Shown in pieces: positions 56,400 to 63,724 of a stretch of 63,724 bases of DNA (positions are counted from its first letter, which is position 1; every line of letters begins with the position of its first letter). A program made the translations under genes and the position numbers. The stretch is from Bacteroidota bacterium (GTDB lineage: Bacteria; Bacteroidota; Ignavibacteria; Kapaibacteriales; DASPKH01), in assembly GCA_040386315.1 (NCBI GenBank), contig JAZKFS010000030.1, positions 13,135 to 76,858 on the forward strand. The letters are read 5' to 3'. The notes beneath the pieces were generated by a model. That model saw only the letters and a program-made list of their open reading frames with translations. It was not told where the DNA came from and did not search any database.

Positions 56400-56906
56400 A
56401 TGAACCGAGCAACAGCATTTTTTGCAGCAACTTTTCTTTTTATCTTTTCATCTGGAGCGCTTCACGCACAAAGCGGCAAACCTGAGCATAATATCGGCCT
56501 TACAGCTTCTGTTCAGAATAACCAGTTTGACGTACTGCTTCCGATCTGGACGAGCAATTCTTTTGTTTTGGCACCTGCTCTCGGTATGGCATGGACGGAA
56601 GATGGCGGTTCGGATGTTGCGGCAGGTCTTGCAATGCGATTTTATACTTCTCGGGCTGCATTAGCGCCATATTTCGGTGTAAAGGGCGGAATTCTCTATG
56701 CATCTCCCAATAGTGGTGACGGTATTATGGATTTTATCTTTGGATTAGCCGGCGGCGGTGAGTATTTCTTTCACGAGCAGTTCAGCATGGGTGTAGAAGC
56801 GCAGCTCAATATCGCAAAATCTGACGATAATTCAGGCAGATTTGGTGCACCCGGTAGGATTACTCTCAACACTGCTTCTGCAATTTTTGCAACGATATAT
56901 TTTTAA
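56400..56906 (+). CDS. small outer-membrane beta-barrel protein
   Basis: 168 aa. Signal peptide ...GALHA-QS, alternating Gly/aromatic strands and C-terminal ...FATIYF. Confidence 0.7.
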   Translation: MNRATAFFAATFLFIFSSGALHAQSGKPEHNIGLTASVQNNQFDVLLPIWTSNSFVLAPALGMAWTEDGGSDVAAGLAMRFYTSRAALAPYFGVKGGILYASPNSGDGIMDFIFGLAGGGEYFFHEQFSMGVEAQLNIAKSDDNSGRFGAPGRITLNTASAIFATIYF

Positions 56907-56926
56907 AAGTGCTTTTTTAAAACGCA

Positions 56927-56967
56927 AAAAGCCGGAACGCATCACGCATTTCGGCTTTTACTTTTTT
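56927..56967 (+). terminator. intrinsic terminator
   Basis: AAAAGCCG (56927-56934) pairs with CGGCTTTT (56952-56959), followed by a T-rich tail. Confidence 0.7.
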
Positions 56968-57002
56968 AAAGCGATTAGCAATTCTACGATGAATTTTAAA
57001 AA

Positions 57003-57677
57003 TCACCACAAAAAACGCAACCTGTGCCCAAGACTAATAGCGAGCGAACCAACACACAGCCCAAAAAGAATAAATGTAATCAAATATTTATTCTTACCAT
57101 ATAGCCCGGTCACAACGAATAAAATTGCGTACATCACCGGTAAATACGTCAGTGGCGAGGCACTAATTTTTCTAATCCACCAGTAATTGAATGGGTTAAA
57201 ACATTCGTCGTTAGGAAAAAGTAGCAAAAGACTTGAAGCTAACAGGATGAAAATTCCGGCTTCTTTTTTGCCGCGGAGATATACGAATAATACGATGAAT
57301 GGCACAATCAACAGCCCAATCCTGATAATAGTGCTTGCGAGATATGGCGCGATGAGAATATTCCCCGTGGAGCAAACCGGGCTTACACACAGCACCGTCA
57401 GTGGAATAGCCAGCAGGAAAATATATGTCCAGACATCGCGGCGCGGTTGCAATTCCGTTTCAGCATTCCAGATTCCTTTTAAAACATAAGCACTCAAAGC
57501 AATATTCAGTAAGGCTCCGGCTACGAAGAGAATATTGAATATCGCAGGAAAGCTAAAACGCGGATTGACGGTGTGATATTGCGAAATATCATACAGCGTC
57601 TTTACCCAAAGAAGGTTTCCAATAATAAATCCAAAAAGTAACAGCCATCGGTTGGTTTTTTGCAGGCGAGATGACAT
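57003..57677 (-). CDS. hypothetical polytopic membrane protein
   Basis: 224 aa with about 7 hydrophobic segments. No family recognised. Confidence 0.6.
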   Translation of the reverse strand: MSSRLQKTNRWLLLFGFIIGNLLWVKTLYDISQYHTVNPRFSFPAIFNILFVAGALLNIALSAYVLKGIWNAETELQPRRDVWTYIFLLAIPLTVLCVSPVCSTGNILIAPYLASTIIRIGLLIVPFIVLFVYLRGKKEAGIFILLASSLLLLFPNDECFNPFNYWWIRKISASPLTYLPVMYAILFVVTGLYGKNKYLITFILFGLCVGSLAISLGHRLRFLW

Positions 57678-57757
57678 TTTTTAAAAGTTTTAAAAAGAGA
57701 TGAAAGCTTTTTTGCAATATAGCAAATTTGTGCATCAGTTTTCTTCTTTAAAACTCC

Positions 57758-58318
57758 CTACAAATCAATATACCAAAGCAGCATAATGTCATCATCGCCA
57801 TACGCATATTTATTTATCGCCCCAAGACGCGCGCCGTTTTTCACATAAAAATTGCACGCAGGCACATTCACATTTTGCGTTTCAATTTTCAATTGCGCAC
57901 AGCCGCGCTCTTTCGCCCACAATTTCGCTGTTTTTAAAAGCTCTGCGCCGATGCCTTTTTGCTTGTGGTCGGGGTGAACGCGAATGTCCCACAGCACGCA
58001 CAAATCCTCGCGCCCGTCCAGCATTCCAACACTTTCCGTTTTAAAAGCGAGCGTCATCGCGCCGACGGGCTTTCCGGCATCACGCGCGATGAAATATCCC
58101 CAGTTGCGCGTGTCGAACTGCTGCGTCCATTCGTGCGGATTTGCGTGCGGCGCGTAGTCCTTCACATACGGCTCGACTGCTACTGTTTTAAAAAGTATTC
58201 CGCCCAGGCCGTTGTCAATTTCCTCCGGCTGAAGTATTTCCGTCACGGTCAGTAACATGGGAATTGCTGCGTATTCGGCGAGATGTTCGGGTGTGATTTG
58301 GGTGATGGTGAGGTGCAT
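57758..58318 (-). CDS. GNAT-family N-acetyltransferase
   Basis: Start at MHLTITQ. Contains HKQKGIGAELL and an NFYVKNGA motif. Confidence 0.8.
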   Translation of the reverse strand: MHLTITQITPEHLAEYAAIPMLLTVTEILQPEEIDNGLGGILFKTVAVEPYVKDYAPHANPHEWTQQFDTRNWGYFIARDAGKPVGAMTLAFKTESVGMLDGREDLCVLWDIRVHPDHKQKGIGAELLKTAKLWAKERGCAQLKIETQNVNVPACNFYVKNGARLGAINKYAYGDDDIMLLWYIDL

Positions 58319-58361
58319 TGGATAATGTTTTAAAAAGACTTTTAAAATCAAAGCCAAATTC

Positions 58362-58844
58362 TTATTGTTGATGTCTTTTTGAAGAACCGATATATGGCTT
58401 TCGAGACTGATTTAAAATTAAAACTCTTGATTCAGTATAATTACTTCCAGTTATTGTTACTTTACATGAAATACTATCTTTATCAGTTTTAAAAAAGTGA
58501 AACTGATAAAGCTCATCTCGCCAGTTCTTGGTTTTAAAATGCCGAAAGCTTGCCCATAAACTGTCCTTGTAGCTGAGATACCAATCATTTTCACCGTAGC
58601 CTTCTGGAATTTTATATATTTTAAAATCATCAAAAATAGTCTGGTCAATATAGTCCGTTCCCCAGATTGACATTTCTATTTTTAAAAATTTTGCATCAAT
58701 ATTTGTAGTTGCAATTTCAACTTCTGAATATTCAAATGGAATACCTAAAAGCTGTGAATCATTAAGCTGAAACCTAAAGTGATAAATTGCAAAAATTGAA
58801 ATTACTAGAAATAAAGTGCCAATTACGAGTATTTTATATTTCAT
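58362..58844 (-). CDS. hypothetical protein with N-terminal membrane anchor
   Basis: 160 aa. MKYKILVIGTLFLVISIFAIY is the anchor. AT-rich. Confidence 0.55.
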   Translation of the reverse strand: MKYKILVIGTLFLVISIFAIYHFRFQLNDSQLLGIPFEYSEVEIATTNIDAKFLKIEMSIWGTDYIDQTIFDDFKIYKIPEGYGENDWYLSYKDSLWASFRHFKTKNWRDELYQFHFFKTDKDSISCKVTITGSNYTESRVLILNQSRKPYIGSSKRHQQ

Positions 58845-58870
58845 AAAATTTTAAAAGTCGTATTTAAAAA

Positions 58871-59551
58871 CTACATCCTAATCACCCGCCCATCTTCCAT
58901 CTCAATTATCCTTCCCGTATTCGCCGCGAACTCGGGGTCATGCGTGACGATGAGGAGCGTTTGGTTCAGCTCTGCGGAGAGCTTTTTAAAAGTGTCGAAA
59001 ACGATGGTGCTGTTTTTCTTGTCGAGGTTGCCTGTGGGCTCGTCGCCCATGATTATCTGTGGGTCGTTTATCATGGCGCGGGCGATGGCGACGCGCTGCT
59101 TTTCGCCGCCGGAAATCTGGTTGGATTTTTTTAAAGCAAGGTTGTCTATGCCGAGTGTTTTCAGGCGTTCGATGGCGCGGTGCTCGATTTCCTGCGCGGA
59201 AAATTTACCGAGTTTCAGCCCCGGCAGCATCACGTTTTTTAAAACGGTGAATTCGTTTAAAAGGTAGTGGAACTGGAAGACGAAACCGATCTTTTCGTTG
59301 CGGATGCGGGCGAGTTCGCGTTCGGATTTGCCGCGCGTGGTCTCGCCGTCTATGAGCAGTTCGCCCTGAAAATCAGTGTCCATCGTGGAGAGGACGTAGA
59401 GCAGCGTGGATTTGCCGGAGCCCGATTTACCGATGATGGAGACGAATTCGCCTTTATTCACCGTGAAGCTGACGTCTTTTAAAACGTCAATCGTGACGGG
59501 GTCATGAAAGCTTTTTGAAATTCCGCGCAGTTCTAAAATCAGGCCGCTCAT
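58871..59551 (-). CDS. ABC transporter ATP-binding protein (LolD/MacB-ATPase type)
   Basis: 226 aa. Contains GKSGSGKST, LSGGEKQRVAIARA and IIMGDEPTGNLD. Confidence 0.92.
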   Translation of the reverse strand: MSGLILELRGISKSFHDPVTIDVLKDVSFTVNKGEFVSIIGKSGSGKSTLLYVLSTMDTDFQGELLIDGETTRGKSERELARIRNEKIGFVFQFHYLLNEFTVLKNVMLPGLKLGKFSAQEIEHRAIERLKTLGIDNLALKKSNQISGGEKQRVAIARAMINDPQIIMGDEPTGNLDKKNSTIVFDTFKKLSAELNQTLLIVTHDPEFAANTGRIIEMEDGRVIRM

Positions 59552-59552
59552 G

Positions 59553-60806
59553 CTATTTCCCCCGGATAATCACGACCGGATCTATCCTCGCCGCCTTCCG
59601 CGCCGGGAAAAACCCCGCAAAGTACGTTGTGACAAGCGAGAACGACGAACCGATAAAGTAAAAAACGGGATTGAAATTAATCGGGTACGTGGTAATCGTC
59701 GGCAGCGCGGCGGTATTAAACGGAATCCGGTCAATGATGGACGTGAGGATAAAACCCATTATCAGCCCCAACGTGCCGCCAAAAAAACCAATGCTGAGCG
59801 CAATAATGATGAAAATAAAATTGACATCGCGCCCCGAAAAACCCGTTGCTTTTAAAATCGCGATGGAATCCATTTTCTCGACAATCATCATATTTAAAAT
59901 GTTGTAAATCCCGAATCCCGCCACCGTGAGCAGCGTAATTCCAACAACATACGAAATAAGCGTGCGGATTGTCGTTCCGGTTTCAAACTGCGAATTCGCC
60001 GTCTGAATATCCTCCGCTTCAGTTTTAAAAACCGCCGCAAATTCCTTTGCAACAGCCGGCGCACTCTTTAAATCTTTCAGCTTTACGGAAATATCCGTCA
60101 TGTAATTTGCCGGCTTGCCAAGGAGTTTCTGCACCGTGCCGATGCTCGCGTAGCATTGCACTTTGTCATATTCCTGGATGCCCGACTGGAAATAACCGAC
60201 GACTTTTAAAGGAAAACGCTCGCCCTGCGCGGTCGTCACCTGCACCACATCGCCGACGTCCGCGAGCAGTTTTTCCGCAAGGCCTTTGCCGAGGATAATG
60301 CTGTTGGCAGTATTTTTTGCGTCAGTTGCCGAACCCGCAACGACGTAATCCGTAAAAAAGAAAAGCTTCGTTTCGGACTCCACATCAATGCCATTCACCA
60401 CGCCCGCCAGTTCGATAGCGCCATCATTAAAAAACACCTGCGTTGTGAGCCGCGGCGCAAAACCCAGCACACGCTCATCGCGCGAAAGCGCCTGCAAAAT
60501 CGCGCCGCTATTGTAAATTTCCACGCGGCTGCCGCTTGATTTCACCGAGTGAACGAAATTATGACTGTTTTTAAAAACATGATCCACCGGCTGATTCGCA
60601 TTCGGCTTGATTTCATTGAACATGCGCACATGCGGCGTCCGGTTCAGGATCAGCCCGTCGAGCATCTCATTCAGCCCCGTCATAAAGCTCAGCAGCGTGA
60701 TAAACATCGTAATGCTGAACGTAACGCCGACCGCCGCCACCACCGTTTGTTTCAAACGCGCCAGCAGTAGCGATTTTGCGATGTCGAAAAGCAGTGCGAA
60801 GTTCAT
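59553..60806 (-). CDS. ABC transporter permease (FtsX/LolCE-like)
   Basis: Start at MNFALLFDIAKSLL. Four TM segments with a large periplasmic loop and a C-terminal FtsX motif ...PARKAARIDPV. The tracked upstream 54 codons translate a palindromic repeat. Confidence 0.88.
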   Translation of the reverse strand: MNFALLFDIAKSLLLARLKQTVVAAVGVTFSITMFITLLSFMTGLNEMLDGLILNRTPHVRMFNEIKPNANQPVDHVFKNSHNFVHSVKSSGSRVEIYNSGAILQALSRDERVLGFAPRLTTQVFFNDGAIELAGVVNGIDVESETKLFFFTDYVVAGSATDAKNTANSIILGKGLAEKLLADVGDVVQVTTAQGERFPLKVVGYFQSGIQEYDKVQCYASIGTVQKLLGKPANYMTDISVKLKDLKSAPAVAKEFAAVFKTEAEDIQTANSQFETGTTIRTLISYVVGITLLTVAGFGIYNILNMMIVEKMDSIAILKATGFSGRDVNFIFIIIALSIGFFGGTLGLIMGFILTSIIDRIPFNTAALPTITTYPINFNPVFYFIGSSFSLVTTYFAGFFPARKAARIDPVVIIRGK

Positions 60807-60866
60807 TTTTTTCTTTTTAAAAAGTCTTTTTAAAATTTTCGGATTGTAATGCGTAATTTTTAAAGC

Positions 60867-61159
60867 TGTCATTCCCAGCGCAAGCGGGAATCTCACGATA
60901 GTTTGACGTGTCCGGCTACCGCGACCTTCTGATGTATTCATCCCTCTGCCTGCGGCATCCCCCTTCAAAGGGAGACTTTCGTTTTTGTATATTTTCCGAA
61001 AAAGTCCCCTTTTGAAAGGGGTGCCCGAAGGACGGGGAATGACCGCGCCGGAAGAAGTTGAAAAACGCTGTTATTAATTTTAAAAGTCTATTTTTAAAAA
61101 GGGATAGTAACCTGACGCGTCCGGCTAATGTGAGATTCCCGCTTGCGCTGGGAATGACA
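60867..61159. repeat. nested palindromic element (outer arms TGTCATTCCCAGCGCAAGCGGGAATCTCAC / GTGAGATTCCCGCTTGCGCTGGGAATGACA enclosing a second palindromic element at about 60938-61043)
   Basis: The outer arms are perfect complements 235 nt apart. The inner pair is TCATCCCTCTGCCTGCGGCATCCCCCTTCAAAGGGA / TCCCCTTTTGAAAGGGGTGCCCGAAGGACGGGGAATGA. TTGACGTGTCCGGCT and CCTGACGCGTCCGGCT cores are present. Confidence 0.9.
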
Positions 61160-61239
61160 TTTTAAAAAGTATTTCAAAAGTTTAAAAGGTTTTACAAATC
61201 ACTTTTAAAAACTCCCAAAACTCACCACACTCCCAAAAC

Positions 61240-62322
61240 TTATTTCCCCGGTTTCACAATCGCTTCACCCGATGAAAGCCCACCCAGAATTTCCACTTTC
61301 TGATAATCTTTTAAACCGACTTTCACCTTTTTCCTTTCGTTATTTTCTTTTAAAACGTACGTTTCGTCTACGAGGTAATTGCGCGGAATCGTCAGCGCTT
61401 TTTCTTTCGTTTGGATCACGATATTCGCCTCGGCGGTGAGGTTCGGATATAGCGTCGGCGGCGCTTTTAAAAACTCGGCCTCGACAGTAAACGACTTTGA
61501 GCGCTCATTCATGATCGGGAAAATCTTCGTCACCTCCGCTTCAAAAACATCGCCTTTGTAGCTGTCAAGCGTGACGAGAACTTTCTGCCCGGGCTTCACG
61601 CGCGCGATGTCGTATTCATCAATTTGCAGCTCCAGCAGGAACACGTTCGCGTCTCCGATAATCGCCACAGGAAGCTGCGGGGAAATAATCTCGCCGCGCT
61701 CTTTTAAAATGCGGTACACGCGCCCGTCGGTTTCGCTTTTCACGGTAAAATCCTGCGCTGTTGCACGCGAAATTTCGAGCTGTTTCCGCGATTGCTCTTC
61801 GGCGAATTTCAGCTGTTTCTGCACATCTTTTAAACGCAGATTTGCCGACTGATACGCTGTTTGCGAGTTTTTAAAAGCAAGTTCGCGCTGCTCAACTTCC
61901 ACGCGCGCGCCGACGCCTTCAGCAAATAAATTGCGCTGGCGTTTCAGCATCAGTTCATCATTATTCATGCGTGCACGCGCGAGGTCAATATTTTCGCGGA
62001 GTTCGCCAAGCTTGGCAGAATTTGCGCTCACGTCGTTGTAGCGCGTGGCAATTTCAGCATTCTGCGACTGCAATCTCGACTGCTCATTTTTAATGCGCAG
62101 CAGCGGCTCGCCTTTAAAAATCACATCGCCTTCCTTCACTAGGATTTCCTGCAAAAGCCCGCTCACGGTCGAAAAAACCTCGTACTGATTTTTCGCTTTT
62201 ACCACGCCCGACGCGTACACCGATTCGGAAATATTTTCAACGGTTGGCTTTATCGTTTCTTCTTTTTTGCCGCAGGAGGCCAGCAGGAGAATCGGCAGGA
62301 GGATTTTTAAAAGGAATTTCAT
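61240..62322 (-). CDS. efflux transporter periplasmic adaptor (HlyD/MacA family) lipoprotein
   Basis: 360 aa with lipobox LLASC. Contains a biotinyl-lipoyl-like segment, a long coiled-coil hairpin and a beta-barrel region typical of MFP adaptors. Confidence 0.88.
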   Translation of the reverse strand: MKFLLKILLPILLLASCGKKEETIKPTVENISESVYASGVVKAKNQYEVFSTVSGLLQEILVKEGDVIFKGEPLLRIKNEQSRLQSQNAEIATRYNDVSANSAKLGELRENIDLARARMNNDELMLKRQRNLFAEGVGARVEVEQRELAFKNSQTAYQSANLRLKDVQKQLKFAEEQSRKQLEISRATAQDFTVKSETDGRVYRILKERGEIISPQLPVAIIGDANVFLLELQIDEYDIARVKPGQKVLVTLDSYKGDVFEAEVTKIFPIMNERSKSFTVEAEFLKAPPTLYPNLTAEANIVIQTKEKALTIPRNYLVDETYVLKENNERKKVKVGLKDYQKVEILGGLSSGEAIVKPGK

Positions 62323-62424
62323 GGCGAATACTTTTGGTGATCTTTTTTAAAGAAACAATACAGCAAACTTACAGCAAATTTTACTTTTAAAACATGATAT
62401 TCGGCATGTTTTTAAAAAGCAAAA

Positions 62425-62457
62425 AAGCCGGAATGCACATCGTATTCCGGCTTTTTT
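62425..62457 (-). terminator. intrinsic terminator
   Basis: AAAAGCCGGAAT...ATTCCGGCTTTTTT hairpin downstream of the 62476-62937 gene. Confidence 0.7.
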
Positions 62458-62475
62458 GCTTTTTGAAATATAGTT

Positions 62476-62937
62476 TTAATCCGCAATTTTTAAAGCTCTA
62501 ATCCATTCATCCGCTTTTTCCGGGTCGGTAAAAAATCGTTCATTTTCACGACCAAAATTCGTTTCATATTTTTCAATTTTCGTTTCGTCCTGATGAACGT
62601 GTGCTGCGCCAACGCAGCGAATTCCACGAATATTTTTAAAAACCATATCTTTTGATTCTTCGAATAAATCCACGTAACCGACTTTCCATCCATAATCGGC
62701 GAGCGTTTGCGGGATAATATTACGATAGCGTTTGTGTGCCTCAATATCGGCCGCTTTAAAACCAAAAAGATTGACGAATATTTTAAAAACACCGTTGTCT
62801 TCTATTTGCCCGAGCGCGTTTTTAAAAGAAGTTTCCCAGCGTTCAACATCACTCATTTCCACATCGCCCCTGAGTTGCGTGACGATGAGTTTTTTGTCGG
62901 AATGCCATTCGGTTTTTATGATTTTCGGGTAATCCAT
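62476..62937 (-). CDS. hypothetical protein (possibly SpoIIAA/STAS-like fold)
   Basis: 153 aa. No motif recognised. The C-terminal F.D.EKADEWI tail resembles that of 27235-27687. Confidence 0.5.
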   Translation of the reverse strand: MDYPKIIKTEWHSDKKLIVTQLRGDVEMSDVERWETSFKNALGQIEDNGVFKIFVNLFGFKAADIEAHKRYRNIIPQTLADYGWKVGYVDLFEESKDMVFKNIRGIRCVGAAHVHQDETKIEKYETNFGRENERFFTDPEKADEWIRALKIAD

Positions 62938-63036
62938 TGTGCGTAGTTGTTGGTTTTAAAAAAAACAGAATTAGCAGGCAAAATTACAGCGTGATTTTCC
63001 GCTTCGCAATTCTTTTACAACCGCTTCTTAAAAATC

Positions 63037-63069
63037 AAAAAGCCGGAATGCAAATACATTCCGGCTTTT
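63037..63069 (-). terminator. intrinsic terminator
   Basis: Reads AAAAGCCGGAATG-CAAATA-CATTCCGGCTTTT. Confidence 0.75.
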
Positions 63070-63101
63070 AAAAACCTATCCTTTAAAAAGATTCACGCAA
63101 G

Positions 63102-63554
63102 TTATTCCGCATAAATTGACTGAAGGCGAATTGACGGCTCCAGCGTGATGTGCGTTTTCAGCGATTCGGTAATCAGGCAATTCGCCTCAGCTTTAAAAAG
63201 CAGCCGCGACGCTTTGTCAACATCTTCGTCTTTTAAAACCGTCAAAACGGGCCTTAGCGTAATTTCGCTAATCATGTATTTCCCGTCCACCTGTTCCAAT
63301 TTCCCGGTTGCGTGCGACGTAAATTCAAAAAAGTCCAGCCGCGATTTTTCTGCAATTGCGAGAAATGTCGTCATCAGGCAACTATTCGCTGCGGCTACAA
63401 GCAGGTGTTCCGGCGACCAGATTCCGGCGACTCCTTTATCAAATTCCGGCGGCGTGGCCACTTCAATCGTGTCGTTCAAAATTTGCGAGCTAAGCGTACC
63501 GGTGCGGCCGCCGTCCCAGTGTAGCCCGACTTCATAATAATGTGCGTTTTCCAT
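63102..63554 (-). CDS. OsmC/Ohr-family peroxiredoxin-like protein
   Basis: Start at MENAHYY. Contains SPEHLLVAAANSCLMTTF and EANCLITESL (the two conserved Cys contexts of OsmC). Confidence 0.85.
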   Translation of the reverse strand: MENAHYYEVGLHWDGGRTGTLSSQILNDTIEVATPPEFDKGVAGIWSPEHLLVAAANSCLMTTFLAIAEKSRLDFFEFTSHATGKLEQVDGKYMISEITLRPVLTVLKDEDVDKASRLLFKAEANCLITESLKTHITLEPSIRLQSIYAE

Positions 63555-63597
63555 GATATTCACCTTTTTACAATATTTGTGAGAGTTTTTAAAACTG

Positions 63598-63724
63598 TTA
63601 TAATTTACGTTGCAAACCCGTCCAGCTGCCGCCATTATACACTTCGCTGAAACCGCCGGTTTTTAAAAGATTCACAGCCGCGCCGCTGCGAACGCCCGAA
63701 GCGCAACACGTGATGACGGGTTTA
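63598..63724 (-). CDS. rhodanese-domain protein, 3' end (partial)
   Basis: The minus-strand frame reads ...KPVITCCASGVRSGAAVNLLKTGGFSEVYNGGSWTGLQRKL*. CxSGxRS is the rhodanese active-site loop. The gene runs off the window edge. Confidence 0.75.
   Translation of the reverse strand, partial: KPVITCCASGVRSGAAVNLLKTGGFSEVYNGGSWTGLQRKL

Noticed and set aside
60807-60968. A 54-codon N-terminal extension of the FtsX-like permease ORF.
   Set aside because: It reads through the nested palindromic element (FPLALGMT and similar). A normal LolC/E-type N-terminus starts at ATG 60806.
63555-63635. An upstream extension of the OsmC ORF (MAAAGRVCNVNYNSFKNSHKYCKKVNI).
   Set aside because: It overlaps the 3' end and stop of the rhodanese-domain gene on the same strand. 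The OsmC family N-terminus fits Met at 63554.

Overview
This is a 63.7-kb chromosomal segment from a bacterium that is probably in the FCB superphylum (Ignavibacteriota/Bacteroidota-like). The basis for that placement is at least four proteins ending in T9SS-type C-terminal sorting domains and the absence of obvious Shine-Dalgarno dependence. About 55 genes are supportable.

Housekeeping genes include pyk, thiN, upp, bcp, dnaX, dnaK, two Hsp20 genes, an ABC-F ATPase, a MacA/LolDE-like exporter, an OsmC-family gene and a rhodanese-domain gene. Accessory blocks are interspersed among them. I saw no rRNA, tRNA or CRISPR.

Main observations:
1. The palindrome TTTTAAAA occurs at about 6 copies per kb, both inside and between genes, where one or two copies would be expected in the whole window. 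Several blocks lack it entirely.
2. A WYL-regulator-headed cassette lies at 38.9-43.6 kb. It encodes an AT-rich unknown protein, a zinc-ribbon plus SLOG/DprA-like protein, and a degenerate Rossmann domain fused to an ADP-ribosylglycohydrolase. It looks like an uncharacterised NAD/ADP-ribose-centred conflict system. Its SLOG gene is broken by a perfect 11-bp tandem duplication.
3. dnaX carries an A8 slippery run at codon 432-434 with a -1 frame UGA one codon later, mirroring the E. coli gamma/tau site.
4. A TatD hydrolase reads through in frame into a beta-barrel-like protein that has its own signal peptide.
5. Tryptophanase-like and tyrosine-phenol-lyase-like paralogues sit in tandem.
6. A family of modular, sometimes nested, palindromic intergenic elements shares a CTGACGCG-like core. 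There is also a reused about 60-nt terminator module.

All functional calls come from reading motifs by eye. No searches were run.
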